A stretch of DNA of 32,000 nucleotides from Thioalkalivibrio paradoxus ARh 1 (GTDB taxonomy: Bacteria > Pseudomonadota > Gammaproteobacteria > Ectothiorhodospirales > Ectothiorhodospiraceae). Where the stretch lies: positions 306,047 to 338,046 of the forward strand of contig NZ_CP007029.1 of the NCBI RefSeq assembly GCF_000227685.2, given 5' to 3'. The notes beneath the pieces were generated by a model, which was not told the DNA's origin, made no database searches, and saw nothing but the letters and a program-made list of their open reading frames with translations. Within the stretch, counting starts at the first letter, position 1, and the number at the start of each line of letters is the position of its first letter. This document shows, in pieces, positions 11,852 through 20,214 of this stretch. A program made the translations under genes and the position numbers.

Positions 11852-12113
11852 CTGCGTGTACCTGGGCAAAGAGGCCGAGGGGCTCGACTACCCGACCTAT
11901 CCCGGCGAACTGGGCAAGCAAATCTTCGCGAACGTCTCGAAGGAAGCCTGGCAGACCTGGCTTCGGCACCAGACCATGCTGATCAACGAGTATCGGCTGA
12001 GCCCGGTGGATCCCAAGGCCCGCAAGTTCCTTGAGGAGGAGATGGAAAAATTCTTCTTCAAGGGCGGGGCAGCGAAGCCGGAAGGCTATGTCGACCCCGA
12101 TCAGGCGAAGTAG
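11835..12113 (+). CDS. yggX: Fe(2+)-trafficking protein YggX
   Basis: 92 aa ([18 protein letters not shown]...[17 protein letters not shown]); classic mutY-yggX pairing. Confidence 0.85.
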
Positions 12114-12161
12114 GATCAAGTCGCGGCCGCCGTCGGGAGCCGGTCTGCGATCTGCACCGGC

Positions 12162-12190
12162 TTGACGCCCGACGCGGCGACCGGTTTAAT
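12162..12190 (+). promoter_or_regulatory. sigma-70-like promoter for tRNA-Phe
   Basis: TTGACG (12162-12167), 17-nt spacer, TTTAAT (12185-12190), ~39 nt upstream of the tRNA. Confidence 0.4.
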
Positions 12191-12228
12191 ACGCCCCTTC
12201 GCAGCGATGCGATCCCGCGCGGTATACC

Positions 12229-12304
12229 GGCCAGGTAGCTCAGTTGGTAGAGCAGGGGATTGAAAATCCCCGTGTCGGCGGTTCGATTCCGTCCCTGGCC
12301 ACCA
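12229..12304 (+). tRNA. tRNA-Phe (anticodon GAA)
   Basis: 76 nt; acceptor stem GGCCAGG/CCTGGCC, D-arm AGCTCAGTTGGTAGAGC, anticodon loop ATTGAAAAT (GAA), T-arm GGTTCGATTCC, encoded CCA. Confidence 0.95.
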
Positions 12305-12307
12305 TTT
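12297..12307. repeat. attL core (direct repeat GGCCACCATTT)
   Basis: Exact 11-bp match to 29901-29911; overlaps the 3' end of tRNA-Phe. Confidence 0.75.
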
Positions 12308-12337
12308 AACGTTCTGACAAGGTTCAAAGAAGTCACC

Positions 12338-12363
12338 AAGCCGCTGAAAAAGCGGCTTTTTTT
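12338..12363 (+). terminator. rho-independent terminator downstream of tRNA-Phe
   Basis: AAGCCGCT-GAAAA-AGCGGCTT followed by a 7-T run; an almost identical copy lies at 29942-29966. Confidence 0.75.
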
Positions 12364-12403
12364 ATGCCTGTAAGGTCGCAGGAGGTCCAGAGCGGTCGCT
12401 TGA

Positions 12404-12466
12404 GTTACCCCGAGGGATAGGGGTAACTTGTGGGGTAACTGGTCGAGCGGAAAAGGGAGTTACCCC
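12404..12466. promoter_or_regulatory. cluster of four GGGGTAAC/GTTACCCC motifs upstream of int (candidate arm-type sites)
   Basis: GTTACCCC 12404-12411 and 12459-12466; GGGGTAAC 12420-12427 and 12432-12439; same motif twice near attR (29813-29832). Confidence 0.45.
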
Positions 12467-12469
12467 ACT

Positions 12470-13699
12470 ATGCCCCTCACAGACGCCGAAATCCGCGCCC
12501 TGAAGCCCGGGGAACGCCCGTTCAAACGCTACGATGAACACGGGCTCTTCATCGAGGTGCCGCCGTTTGGGGCGCTACGCTGGCGGTTCCGCTACAAGTT
12601 CGCTGGCAAGGCGAAGCTGATGAGCCTGGGCACCTACCCCGCCGTCCGCCTGAAGGCGGCCCGAACCGCCCGGGACGATGCCCGCGACCTGCTGCGCAAG
12701 GGGATCGACCCCAGCACGCGCAGGCAGGCCGAGAAACGCGCGCAGGCTCGGGCGGGCCAGCGCTCCGTCGAGGCCGTGGCGCGGGAATGGTTCGAGGCGG
12801 TGCACCAGAAAGCCGTGGTGGCAACGCACTCCGGACGCAACCTGCGTCGGCTCGAGCGCTACGTGTTCCCCAAGATCGGCCGCCGTGCCATCGGGGAGAT
12901 CGAGCCGTCAGACGTGCTCGCCCTGCTGCGCGGCATCGAGAAGGCCGGCAAGCTGGAGACGGGCCACCGGGTCAAGACCCTGCTCGGGCACGTATTCCGG
13001 TATGGGATCGCCACCGGCCGAGCGAAGCGCGACCCAACCGCCGATCTGAAGGGGCTGCTGGCCAGCGCCGAGACACGCCACCATCCGGCCGTGACCGACC
13101 CCTCCGAACTACCGGGGCTGTTGCGCGCCATCGACGGATACACCGGATACCCCCCCACCGTGGCCGCGCTGAAGCTGTCCGCGCTCCTGTTCGTCCGCCC
13201 CGGGGAGATGCGGACAATGGAATGGGCGAGCCTGCGCCTGGATGCCGCTGAATGGAACTATCGTCCGAGCAAGGGCGGAATCCCACTGCTGGTGCCGCTA
13301 CCGACGCAGGCGGTGGAGATCCTGCGGGAACTGCAACCGCTGACCGGGCTTGGGACGTATGTGTTCCCGAGTGCACGCGGCCGCGGCCGGCCGATGAGTG
13401 AAAACACCGTGAATGCTGCGCTGCACCGAATGGGGTACAAGGACCAGATGAGTGCGCACGGCTTTCGAGCCATGGCCCGCACCATCCTGGTCGAGCGCCT
13501 GGGCTGGGATGAGCGCTACGTAGAAATGCAACTCGGGCACGCGGTACGCGACGCCAATGGCCGTGCCTACAACCGGGTCACGTTCCTCGATCAGCGCCGG
13601 GAGATGCTGCAAAGCTGGGCCGATTATCTGGACGGGCTGCGCGATCCAGCGGCGAACGTCGTTCCGATACGGGCAGGTAGCGCGGCGGCTGTCCGATAG
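12470..13699 (+). CDS. int: tyrosine-type integrase, P4/CP4-57 family
   Basis: ORF 12428..13699 trimmed to MPLTDAEIRALKPGERPFKRYDEHGLFIEV at 12470 (typical P4-integrase N-terminus); C-terminal catalytic region (HGFRAMARTIL, LGHAVRD, RAYNRV). Confidence 0.9.
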   Translation: MPLTDAEIRALKPGERPFKRYDEHGLFIEVPPFGALRWRFRYKFAGKAKLMSLGTYPAVRLKAARTARDDARDLLRKGIDPSTRRQAEKRAQARAGQRSVEAVAREWFEAVHQKAVVATHSGRNLRRLERYVFPKIGRRAIGEIEPSDVLALLRGIEKAGKLETGHRVKTLLGHVFRYGIATGRAKRDPTADLKGLLASAETRHHPAVTDPSELPGLLRAIDGYTGYPPTVAALKLSALLFVRPGEMRTMEWASLRLDAAEWNYRPSKGGIPLLVPLPTQAVEILRELQPLTGLGTYVFPSARGRGRPMSENTVNAALHRMGYKDQMSAHGFRAMARTILVERLGWDERYVEMQLGHAVRDANGRAYNRVTFLDQRREMLQSWADYLDGLRDPAANVVPIRAGSAAAVR

Positions 13700-13781
13700 T
13701 TAGGAAGCACAGGTATTGCGAAACGGATAGGTAAAATAGTTTAGGGTCGTGGACACTCGCCTGATGTCGTGACAATAGTAT

Positions 13782-13813
13782 GGGTGTCGCCCACTCACAG
13801 CGAGGCGACACCC
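13782..13813. promoter_or_regulatory. 10-bp perfect inverted repeat abutting the alpA-like start
   Basis: GGGTGTCGCC (13782-13791), 12-nt spacer, GGCGACACCC (13804-13813); ATG at 13814. Confidence 0.35.
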
Positions 13814-14059
13814 ATGACCCACATGCAGACCCGTAGTGCCCCCCGCCCCACCGAGCAGCCGAGCCCGATCGGCGACCCTTTACTCCGGATGCCCGCAGTA
13901 CTCGCGGCGACCGGAATATCTCACAAAGCAACGATTTATGCGGCGATGGCCGCTGGCACGTTCCCGAGGCCGGTTCGGATCGGCTCGCGTGCTGTGGCGT
14001 GGCGATCGAGCGATATTGCGGCCTGGATCGCCACGCGCCCGGTTGCGGGTGATGAGTGA
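13814..14059 (+). CDS. alpA: AlpA-family HTH protein (excisionase/transcriptional regulator type)
   Basis: LLRMPAVLAATGISHKATIYAAMAAGTFPRPVRIGSRAVAWRSSDIAAWI matches the AlpA/prophage CP4-57 regulatory pattern; start uncertain (GTG 13769 or ATG 13814). Confidence 0.75.
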   Translation: MTHMQTRSAPRPTEQPSPIGDPLLRMPAVLAATGISHKATIYAAMAAGTFPRPVRIGSRAVAWRSSDIAAWIATRPVAGDE

Positions 14060-15489
14060 TGGACGCGCAAAACCACCGACCCGGGGGTGGCAGCCCCCGG
14101 GCGGATCGAGCAGATAGTGGGATCGCCGATGGACACCGGCCCCGACATTATGCCGCAACGCATAACCAGGCGCTAGCCCGCCAACTGAGCCCGGACCAGG
14201 CCCGCGCGCTGGAAGAACTGATCGCGTTCGACCGGGGCACCGAGCCCGTGCACGCGCTGGCCGGCCCGGCAGGGAGCGGCAAGACATTCCTACTCGGCGA
14301 GTTCGTGGGGCGGTGCAGCCGTCGTTTGGAGATCACGGCGACGACCAACAAGGCCGCAAGAGTCGCCGCGCTCGCGACCGGCACCGAGCCCAAGACGATC
14401 CACGCCCTGTTGGGGCTCCAGCCGCGCGACGATGAGAACGCCGGCCGGACCGCCCTGAAGCAAATCCGCGACCCAGAGGTTGAACCGGGCTCGCTGGTGG
14501 TGGTGGATGAAGCGTCAATGATCGACTCCGATCTGCTCGGCGCGATCGAGCGTCACGCGCGGACCCTCCGGTTCAAGGTCCTGTTCGTCGGCGATGCGTA
14601 CCAGCTCCCACCGATTTTCGAGGCGCGGAGTCCGGTATTCGCCGGCGTGCCAACCAGCCACCTGACGACCATCCACCGGCAGGCCCTCGACAATCCGGTG
14701 CTCGCCATCGCGAACGAGTTTCGGGCCGTGCTGGACGGCAGCCCGATGCCGCGCGTGCGTGCGCTTGGAAGCGAAGTTCGGGTTCTGCCCGAAGGCGAGT
14801 TCCTGGCGCGCATGCTCGAGGCGTTCGAGCGGGCGAGTGACCCGTCGGAGGTCCGGGCGCTGGCCTGGACGAACCAAACCGTCCGGGAGCTGAACCAGGC
14901 CGTCCGGCGCCACCTGATCGGTCCCGAAGCCGAGGAATTGGCGCACCTGCCCGGCGAGCGATTCATTGCGAATTCCGCAATCAAGGACGGCGACCGCGTG
15001 GCAGTGCCGACCGAAGCCGAAGTCGAGGTTGTGAGCAGCCAGCGCGTGAACTTCGAGGCGGACGGGATCACATTCGCCGGCGAGCTGGTGTCCGTCCGCT
15101 ACCGCGATCGCGTGCTCGAGCTGCACGTCCCGACGGACTGGGATGGCGCTCGGCGCGCGATAGCCGCTTCGGTGGCAGCCGCCAACGAGCTGCAGCGCCG
15201 CTATCGGGCTGGCGATCGCACTGTGGACGGGGACCGCCGCGCGGCGTGGCGCGCCTTTTTCCGGCTGAAGGAGTGGCTGCACGACCTGCGTCCGGTCTAC
15301 GCGTCAACCGTCCACAAATCCCAGGGCAGCACCTACGCGCACGCGTTTATCGACGCGGGAGACATCGGCCGGTGCACCCGAACCGACGTGATCGCGCGAC
15401 TGATGTACGTGTCCACGAGCCGGGCCGCGCAGTCGGTGACGCTGACTGGCGAGCTGCCGGAGCGACTGTACCGGGAGGTGGCGGCATGA
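14056..15489 (+). CDS. SF1 RecD/Dda-like DNA helicase (AAA_30 plus UvrD_C-like)
   Basis: Walker A GPAGSGKTF, Walker B VVVDEASMI, FVGDAYQLPPI, TIHRQ, STVHKSQGSTY; start overlaps the alpA-like stop. Confidence 0.8.
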   Translation: MMDAQNHRPGGGSPRADRADSGIADGHRPRHYAATHNQALARQLSPDQARALEELIAFDRGTEPVHALAGPAGSGKTFLLGEFVGRCSRRLEITATTNKAARVAALATGTEPKTIHALLGLQPRDDENAGRTALKQIRDPEVEPGSLVVVDEASMIDSDLLGAIERHARTLRFKVLFVGDAYQLPPIFEARSPVFAGVPTSHLTTIHRQALDNPVLAIANEFRAVLDGSPMPRVRALGSEVRVLPEGEFLARMLEAFERASDPSEVRALAWTNQTVRELNQAVRRHLIGPEAEELAHLPGERFIANSAIKDGDRVAVPTEAEVEVVSSQRVNFEADGITFAGELVSVRYRDRVLELHVPTDWDGARRAIAASVAAANELQRRYRAGDRTVDGDRRAAWRAFFRLKEWLHDLRPVYASTVHKSQGSTYAHAFIDAGDIGRCTRTDVIARLMYVSTSRAAQSVTLTGELPERLYREVAA

Positions 15490-16307
15490 CGGCACCGGCA
15501 TTCACCTTCGCCAGCGTCGGCGATCGTGCCCGCGGCCGGTGGCCCGAGATCCTGGCCGGGCTGGGGATCGACCCGGCCGCACTGCGCAATCGTCATGGGC
15601 CGTGCCCCGGTTGCGGTGGGCGGGATCGGTTTCGGTTCGATGACCGGGAGATCGGCCGCTTCTACTGCAACGGCGGTGGCGAGCCGGTATCTGGCGACGG
15701 GTTCGCGCTGTTACAACACGTCTTCGACTGGACCGCGAGCGAGGCCCTACAGGCCGTTGCGCAGTCGCTCGGCATGGACAGCACACACCCGCCCCCGAAA
15801 CCGGCACCACGCCCGCCGACGAAGGCCCCGGGGCCCTCCAGGCTGGCCGCCTACGCTCGCGAAACGTGGCTGGCCGCACGGAAAGATGATGCTGCCGTGG
15901 GCTCACATCCATACGCCCGGCGGAAGGGAGTTCCTTGGGCCGCCGGAGCCGGGCGCGCTCGAGCATCGGGACGCATCATCGGGCGGGATTCTGACTGCCT
16001 GATCGTGCCGATCCGAACTCTGGTGGGAAAGCTCCTGGCGGTTCAGGCAATCAATCCCGACGGCGCCAAGCAGACTTTCGGCTCGATGGGCGATGGCTGC
16101 CTGGTGCTCGGGAACACCTTGGATGCGCGGGCGCCGTGGATCGTCGCCGAGGGATGGGCCGATTGCGCGTCCTTCTGCTTCCACCTGCATCGGGGCAACG
16201 CCGTAGCTGTTGTGGCCTTTGGCGCGAGTCGGCTGCAAAAAGTCGCAGAGGCGGTTGCCGCGCACTATGCGCCGCCCCGTGTGACCATCATGGAGGATGC
16301 CCCGTGA
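15486..16307 (+). CDS. primase: zinc-ribbon (P4-alpha type) plus Toprim domain
   Basis: ORF 15246..16307 trimmed to MTAPAFTF at 15486 (ATGA overlap with the helicase stop); HGPCPGCGGRDRFRFDD...GRFYCNGGG zinc-binding motif; Toprim-like WIVAEGWADCAS. Confidence 0.75.
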   Translation: MTAPAFTFASVGDRARGRWPEILAGLGIDPAALRNRHGPCPGCGGRDRFRFDDREIGRFYCNGGGEPVSGDGFALLQHVFDWTASEALQAVAQSLGMDSTHPPPKPAPRPPTKAPGPSRLAAYARETWLAARKDDAAVGSHPYARRKGVPWAAGAGRARASGRIIGRDSDCLIVPIRTLVGKLLAVQAINPDGAKQTFGSMGDGCLVLGNTLDARAPWIVAEGWADCASFCFHLHRGNAVAVVAFGASRLQKVAEAVAAHYAPPRVTIMEDAP

Positions 16308-17923
16308 CTGAACTTTATCGAGGGACATTGGCGCGGGGACCGAACGGCGAGAAGGATATCAATGATGCCGTCCTCAACAATCACCCCGATCTTGTTGACG
16401 AGGCGTTTCGTGGCGCAAAGCCGGTAAACGGCGAGAAGGAAAAAACCAAGTCGAGCCTGATTACCTACGACGAGGCCGCTGGCGCCAATCCGAACACCGA
16501 ACAAGGGGCCGCGCTCATCAAAGCCTACCGGAAGCAGGAGCGCGAAGCGTTCAACGCCCGGTACGGAATGCTGATGATCGAGGGCAAACCAGTCGTGGTC
16601 TACCGAGAGCGGAACGGGAATACGGGCGAGATCGAAACGAAGTTCTCGAGCCCGGAGGCCATGGCGACCTTCACCGCCAACCGGAAAATCCCGTTCGTTG
16701 TCGAGACAGGGAAGGAGTCCCGTATCGAGTGGAAGCCGATCTTCCAGGACTGGAAGCAGGGCCGGTGGCGGCGTTCCTACGATCAGCCCGTGTTCGCGCC
16801 GGCCGCGAATCTTGAGGCCAGCACGGACATGCCACCAGCCGGGGGCACCTACAACCTCTACGCCGGGCACCAGTTCAAACCCAAGCCCGGCAACTGTGAA
16901 CGCATCTTGCAACATATCGGGGAGGTGTGGTGCGCGGGGAATTCTGAAGCCTTTGATTACATCGTCAACTGGCTGGCGCGAATGGTGCAAAAGCCGCGAG
17001 AGCAGGGGCGCACCGTCATTGTCCTGCGGTCTGGCGAGGGCACCGGCAAAAACATCCTGTTCGACACCTTTAGCCGGTATTACGGAAACCATGCCTGCAT
17101 GCTGACGAAGCCGGAGGATCTGGTTGGCTTCAACGACCATCTGGCGACGGCGGTATTCGTGTTCCTGAACGAGGCGTTGTGGGGCGGAAACAGGAGCGCG
17201 GAAGGCCCGGTCAAGAGCGCGATTACCGACGACACGCTGATGGTGGAGCGCAAATGGGTACCCAAGTTCAAGACGGCGAACTGCACCCACATCGTCGTCG
17301 CCACCAATAACGACTGGGCGGTTCCCGTCGGTATAGACGACCGCAGGTTTCTGATTCTCGATCTGGATGAGAAGCACAAGGGAGACGCCGCCTACTTCGA
17401 CGGGCTCCTGCGTGAGATCCACAACGGCGGTCAGGAGGCTTTCATCCACTACCTGATGGCCCGCGACATCACCCGGTTCGACGTGCGCGCCATACCTGAG
17501 ATTCAGAGCGCATCGAAACTGGACCACAAAGTGAGGACCAGTGACCCGATCACTCAGTGGTGGATCGACACGCTGACCGACGGCGAGTTTGCCCACGAGA
17601 TCGAGGATACGGACACCCACGGTCGGCCGGTTCGGCGTGTTGCAGTGACCGCTTGGCCAATGGACAAGCCGCTAATCATCGAAGAACAGGCAGTCTTTAA
17701 CTGCTACTGCCGCGCGCACCGGAGCCGCCACCTGGACAGCAAGGCGGTGCTCACGAAGAAATTGCGTGAGCTGTGCCCCGGCCTACGGACCGGCCTGCGC
17801 CATCGCACATCTGCGTCCTCGCGCCCGAGGCTTTACGGCCTCCCCGCCCTGAGCACGGCGCGGGAAGCGATGGAACTGCGGCTGCGCCAGCGAGGGCCAT
17901 GGGCCGATGAGGCAGACCAGTGA
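16304..17923 (+). CDS. SF3 helicase-type NTPase (D5 / P4-alpha C-terminal / DUF5906-like)
   Basis: ORF 16136..17923, probable GTG start at 16304 (GTGA overlap with the primase stop); Walker A SGEGTGKN, Walker B VFVFLNEA, motif C VVATNN. Confidence 0.75.
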   Translation: MTELYRGTLARGPNGEKDINDAVLNNHPDLVDEAFRGAKPVNGEKEKTKSSLITYDEAAGANPNTEQGAALIKAYRKQEREAFNARYGMLMIEGKPVVVYRERNGNTGEIETKFSSPEAMATFTANRKIPFVVETGKESRIEWKPIFQDWKQGRWRRSYDQPVFAPAANLEASTDMPPAGGTYNLYAGHQFKPKPGNCERILQHIGEVWCAGNSEAFDYIVNWLARMVQKPREQGRTVIVLRSGEGTGKNILFDTFSRYYGNHACMLTKPEDLVGFNDHLATAVFVFLNEALWGGNRSAEGPVKSAITDDTLMVERKWVPKFKTANCTHIVVATNNDWAVPVGIDDRRFLILDLDEKHKGDAAYFDGLLREIHNGGQEAFIHYLMARDITRFDVRAIPEIQSASKLDHKVRTSDPITQWWIDTLTDGEFAHEIEDTDTHGRPVRRVAVTAWPMDKPLIIEEQAVFNCYCRAHRSRHLDSKAVLTKKLRELCPGLRTGLRHRTSASSRPRLYGLPALSTAREAMELRLRQRGPWADEADQ

Positions 17924-17965
17924 CCCGGACTTGGGCGCGACCGATGCAGCCACGACACCCTGGCC

Positions 17966-18217
17966 TGGACCACTTGGACCAAAAAAAGGCATTTTTAAAC
18001 AGCTACTTACGGTTGGTGGTCCAGGTGGTCCAGGTGGTCCAAAGAATTTCAAAAAGTATCCAAAGGCCCAGATTGGCCCCTGGGGGGAACAAGTTGGAAA
18101 AGTGCCCCGGATCTTGGACCACCTGGACCAGAAGCCCAGTTGGCCAGGAAAAACAACCACTTGTGGTGGTCCAGGTGCCTGGACCACACCTGGACCACCT
18201 GGACCACACCTGGACCA
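17966..18217. repeat. iteron block: 12 copies of TGGACCA/TGGTCCA (consensus ACCTGGACCAC) with AT-rich tracts; candidate replication origin
   Basis: TGGACCA at 17966, 17975, 18115, 18124, 18180, 18191, 18200, 18211; TGGTCCA at 18017, 18026, 18035 (9-bp phasing) and 18167; AT-rich 17981-18000 and 18041-18062. Confidence 0.7.
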
Positions 18218-18233
18218 CAACAGGAGGCATCCC

Positions 18234-18497
18234 ATGGGGACGATCCGCAGCCAGAGCCCACGCCACGAGATGAGCGCGCCGAGCCTGAACGACAGCATCC
18301 GCACGGTTTCCGCTGCGTGCGAATCCCAGGGGCTGGATGCTTCTCCAGACGCGAGGCTTGCCGCAGCCGTGGAGCTTTTCCGGCACGGTCACTGGATGAA
18401 TGACCGGGACACGCACGACGAACAGGCTGGCGGCATCGCTGACTGCCTGGATCGCATCGCTGCCGCTATCGAGCAGTTCAGCGGGGCGCCACCATGA
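18234..18497 (+). CDS. hypothetical protein (87 aa)
   Basis: ATG 18234 preceded by AGGAGG (18222-18227), immediately after the iteron block; no recognisable domain. Confidence 0.5.
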   Translation: MGTIRSQSPRHEMSAPSLNDSIRTVSAACESQGLDASPDARLAAAVELFRHGHWMNDRDTHDEQAGGIADCLDRIAAAIEQFSGAPP

Positions 18498-18582
18498 CCC
18501 GCCCGCCGCCGCTGTCCCCGTTCCGGAGAAACCCGTTCCGCCTGCGACCGCGCCGCAAGCCGGCGCCGAAGGAGTGACGACC

Positions 18583-18741
18583 ATGACACAGCAACGCGAC
18601 CTTTTCCGAGGCAAACCGGCCCGAAAGCCCCGCCGCCCCGGGAGCTACCGCCGGCAGGAGCCGCCGAGGACGCCCAGAGACACGGCTTGGGAGCTGCCCG
18701 AGGATTTCCAGCCGGCCGCAACGAGCAAGGAGGATCAGTGA
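18583..18741 (+). CDS. hypothetical small basic protein (52 aa)
   Basis: MTQQRDLFRGKPARKPRRP..., AAGGAG upstream, stop overlaps the next start; short, so uncertain. Confidence 0.3.
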   Translation: MTQQRDLFRGKPARKPRRPGSYRRQEPPRTPRDTAWELPEDFQPAATSKEDQ

Positions 18742-19145
18742 TGGGCGCGATGAGCCGAACGAAAGGAGCCGCGGGAGAACGCGAACTGCGCCGGTTGCTC
18801 GAGGCCGAGTTGGGACCGGGGATCAGCCGGAACCTGTCCCAGACCCGGGATGGTGGGCATGATCTGACCGGCGTCGGGCCGTTTGCCATCGAAGTGAAGC
18901 GCTACAAGCGGGCGACCGCTTCGATGCTGGCCGCGTGGTGGACGCAGGCTGAGGCTCAGGCGGAATCCGCCGGCCTACGTCCTGCCCTGGCCTGGCGCGA
19001 GGATCGCGCGCCCTGGCGCGTCCTGGTGCGCCTGGCGGACGTTCGGCCCGGGCTGGGACCGTGGCCCGGGATCGAGTGGACCGCCGCTGTTACGCTGCCC
19101 GCGTTCGCTGCGCTGGTGCGGGAAACGGGGAGGGCTGTCCGATGA
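18741..19145 (+). CDS. PD-(D/E)XK nuclease, Hjc-like Holliday-junction-resolvase type
   Basis: Start MGAMSRTKGAAGERELRRLLE at 18741 with AAGGAGG RBS; motif order KG..GE(R/E)...D(L)...IEVKR fits Hjc-like PD-(D/E)XK resolvases common in phages. Confidence 0.55.
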   Translation: MGAMSRTKGAAGERELRRLLEAELGPGISRNLSQTRDGGHDLTGVGPFAIEVKRYKRATASMLAAWWTQAEAQAESAGLRPALAWREDRAPWRVLVRLADVRPGLGPWPGIEWTAAVTLPAFAALVRETGRAVR

Positions 19146-20017
19146 CAGCACAGATTGCGCGCCTTGATGGGAGCGGAGGAACCGGCGTGAGCGACAAGAC
19201 CAGGGAGCGCAAGGCTGGGGAATTGTGGGCACGTGCATCACGGGACGTGGAGTCCGGAGATAGTTCCCTATGGCGCATCGCGCTGCACATTCAGCAAATG
19301 GTGGAAGGCGTGAGGGACTTCCCTGGTCCGCTGTGGCGAGACCGGGAGGTACCGCCAGACTGGAAGCGGGTGCATCTGGATCGCTTCGAGGATTACCTGT
19401 TGAAGCCGCCGCGGGAGGGGATTGGGGTGCCGTCCCTGCTGCGGCTGCACAACCACATGCAGGGGCACGACGAAGGCGAGCGTGCCATCGAGATCCTGCG
19501 TCGCGAGATCCCGGACTATGACGCCCGCATCCAGGCCGAGCGGATGCGGGCGGTGAAGCCGGTGGCCAGGCCGGGCGGTACCGGGGCGAACCAGCACACG
19601 GTTGATAAGAGCAAAGGTGCCAACGGCACATCTGCTCAGGTTAAGGCCCCCAAGCCGAGAGGTACCAATAGCCGCGACCACATCATCGGCCGCCTAAAGC
19701 GTGACGCGCGCGAGGATCCGAAGGCGAAGGAGGTGCTTGCCCGTGTGGAGAAAGGTGAGGTGAGCGCGCGAGCGGCTGGTATCGAGATGGGTTGGGTGAA
19801 GCCTGCGGATCCTGCGCGGATTGTCGAGAAGCAGGTGGAGCGGCTGAGCGACGACGAGGTCGTCGATCTCTACAAGAACCTCGCCAGATCCCTCCCCGAA
19901 GCCAAGTGGAACCACCTTGAGGCCGCCAAGGAAGCCGTCATGGCGCTGAGCGACGACGAGATGGCCGGGTTCGAGGCTTGGTACCGATCCTTGGCTGGCG
20001 TTGGGGGTGACCAGTGA
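19142..20017 (+). CDS. hypothetical DNA-binding-like protein (carries the GGTGANQ...RGTNSRDHIIGRLKRD...GEVSARAAGIEMG module)
   Basis: ATG 19142 (ATGA overlap); C-terminal module shared with ORFs at 24183 and 27115; family not identified. Confidence 0.6.
   Translation: MTAQIARLDGSGGTGVSDKTRERKAGELWARASRDVESGDSSLWRIALHIQQMVEGVRDFPGPLWRDREVPPDWKRVHLDRFEDYLLKPPREGIGVPSLLRLHNHMQGHDEGERAIEILRREIPDYDARIQAERMRAVKPVARPGGTGANQHTVDKSKGANGTSAQVKAPKPRGTNSRDHIIGRLKRDAREDPKAKEVLARVEKGEVSARAAGIEMGWVKPADPARIVEKQVERLSDDEVVDLYKNLARSLPEAKWNHLEAAKEAVMALSDDEMAGFEAWYRSLAGVGGDQ
19484..19704. repeat. 221-bp segment duplicated (diverged) at 27316-27536
   Basis: Same length in both copies; first ~42 bp differ at one position; encodes AIEILRREIPDYDARIQ...GGTGANQ...IIGRLKRD in both. 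Confidence 0.8.
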
Positions 20018-20196
20018 GCGCCCTGCTGAAACTGTTGCAAGCCGATACCGCGGTCGCCGAGGCCCGCGTGCTCGATGGCCGTCTTGTGGTGCGCATGACC
20101 CACCGGGCGCCGTCGGAGGACTGGACCCGAGTGGACCGGTTGATCGGCGAGTTCGCATCGAAACGAAAGCCCCGGCGCCGCCGTCGGGCTGCATGA
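20014..20196 (+). CDS. hypothetical protein (60 aa)
   Basis: GTG start in GTGA overlap with the upstream stop; Arg-rich tail. Confidence 0.4.
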   Translation: MSALLKLLQADTAVAEARVLDGRLVVRMTHRAPSEDWTRVDRLIGEFASKRKPRRRRRAA

Positions 20197-20214
20197 CCAA
20201 GGGAGACACGAGAC

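Noticed and set aside
12058-12339. 93-aa minus-strand ORF
   Set aside because: It overlaps tRNA-Phe and its promoter on the opposite strand.
16265-17620. 451-aa minus-strand ORF
   Set aside because: Antisense to the SF3 NTPase gene, which carries clear Walker A/B motifs on the + strand.
17783-18614. ORFs crossing the iteron block (17907..18497 N-terminal part, 17920..18273, 17783..18304 minus, 18003..18614 minus) encoding GPGGPGGP / WTTWTT-like repeats
   Set aside because: The repetitive peptides are just translations of the TGGACCA/TGGTCCA iterons. Only the part from ATG 18234, which has an AGGAGG RBS, is kept as a possible gene.
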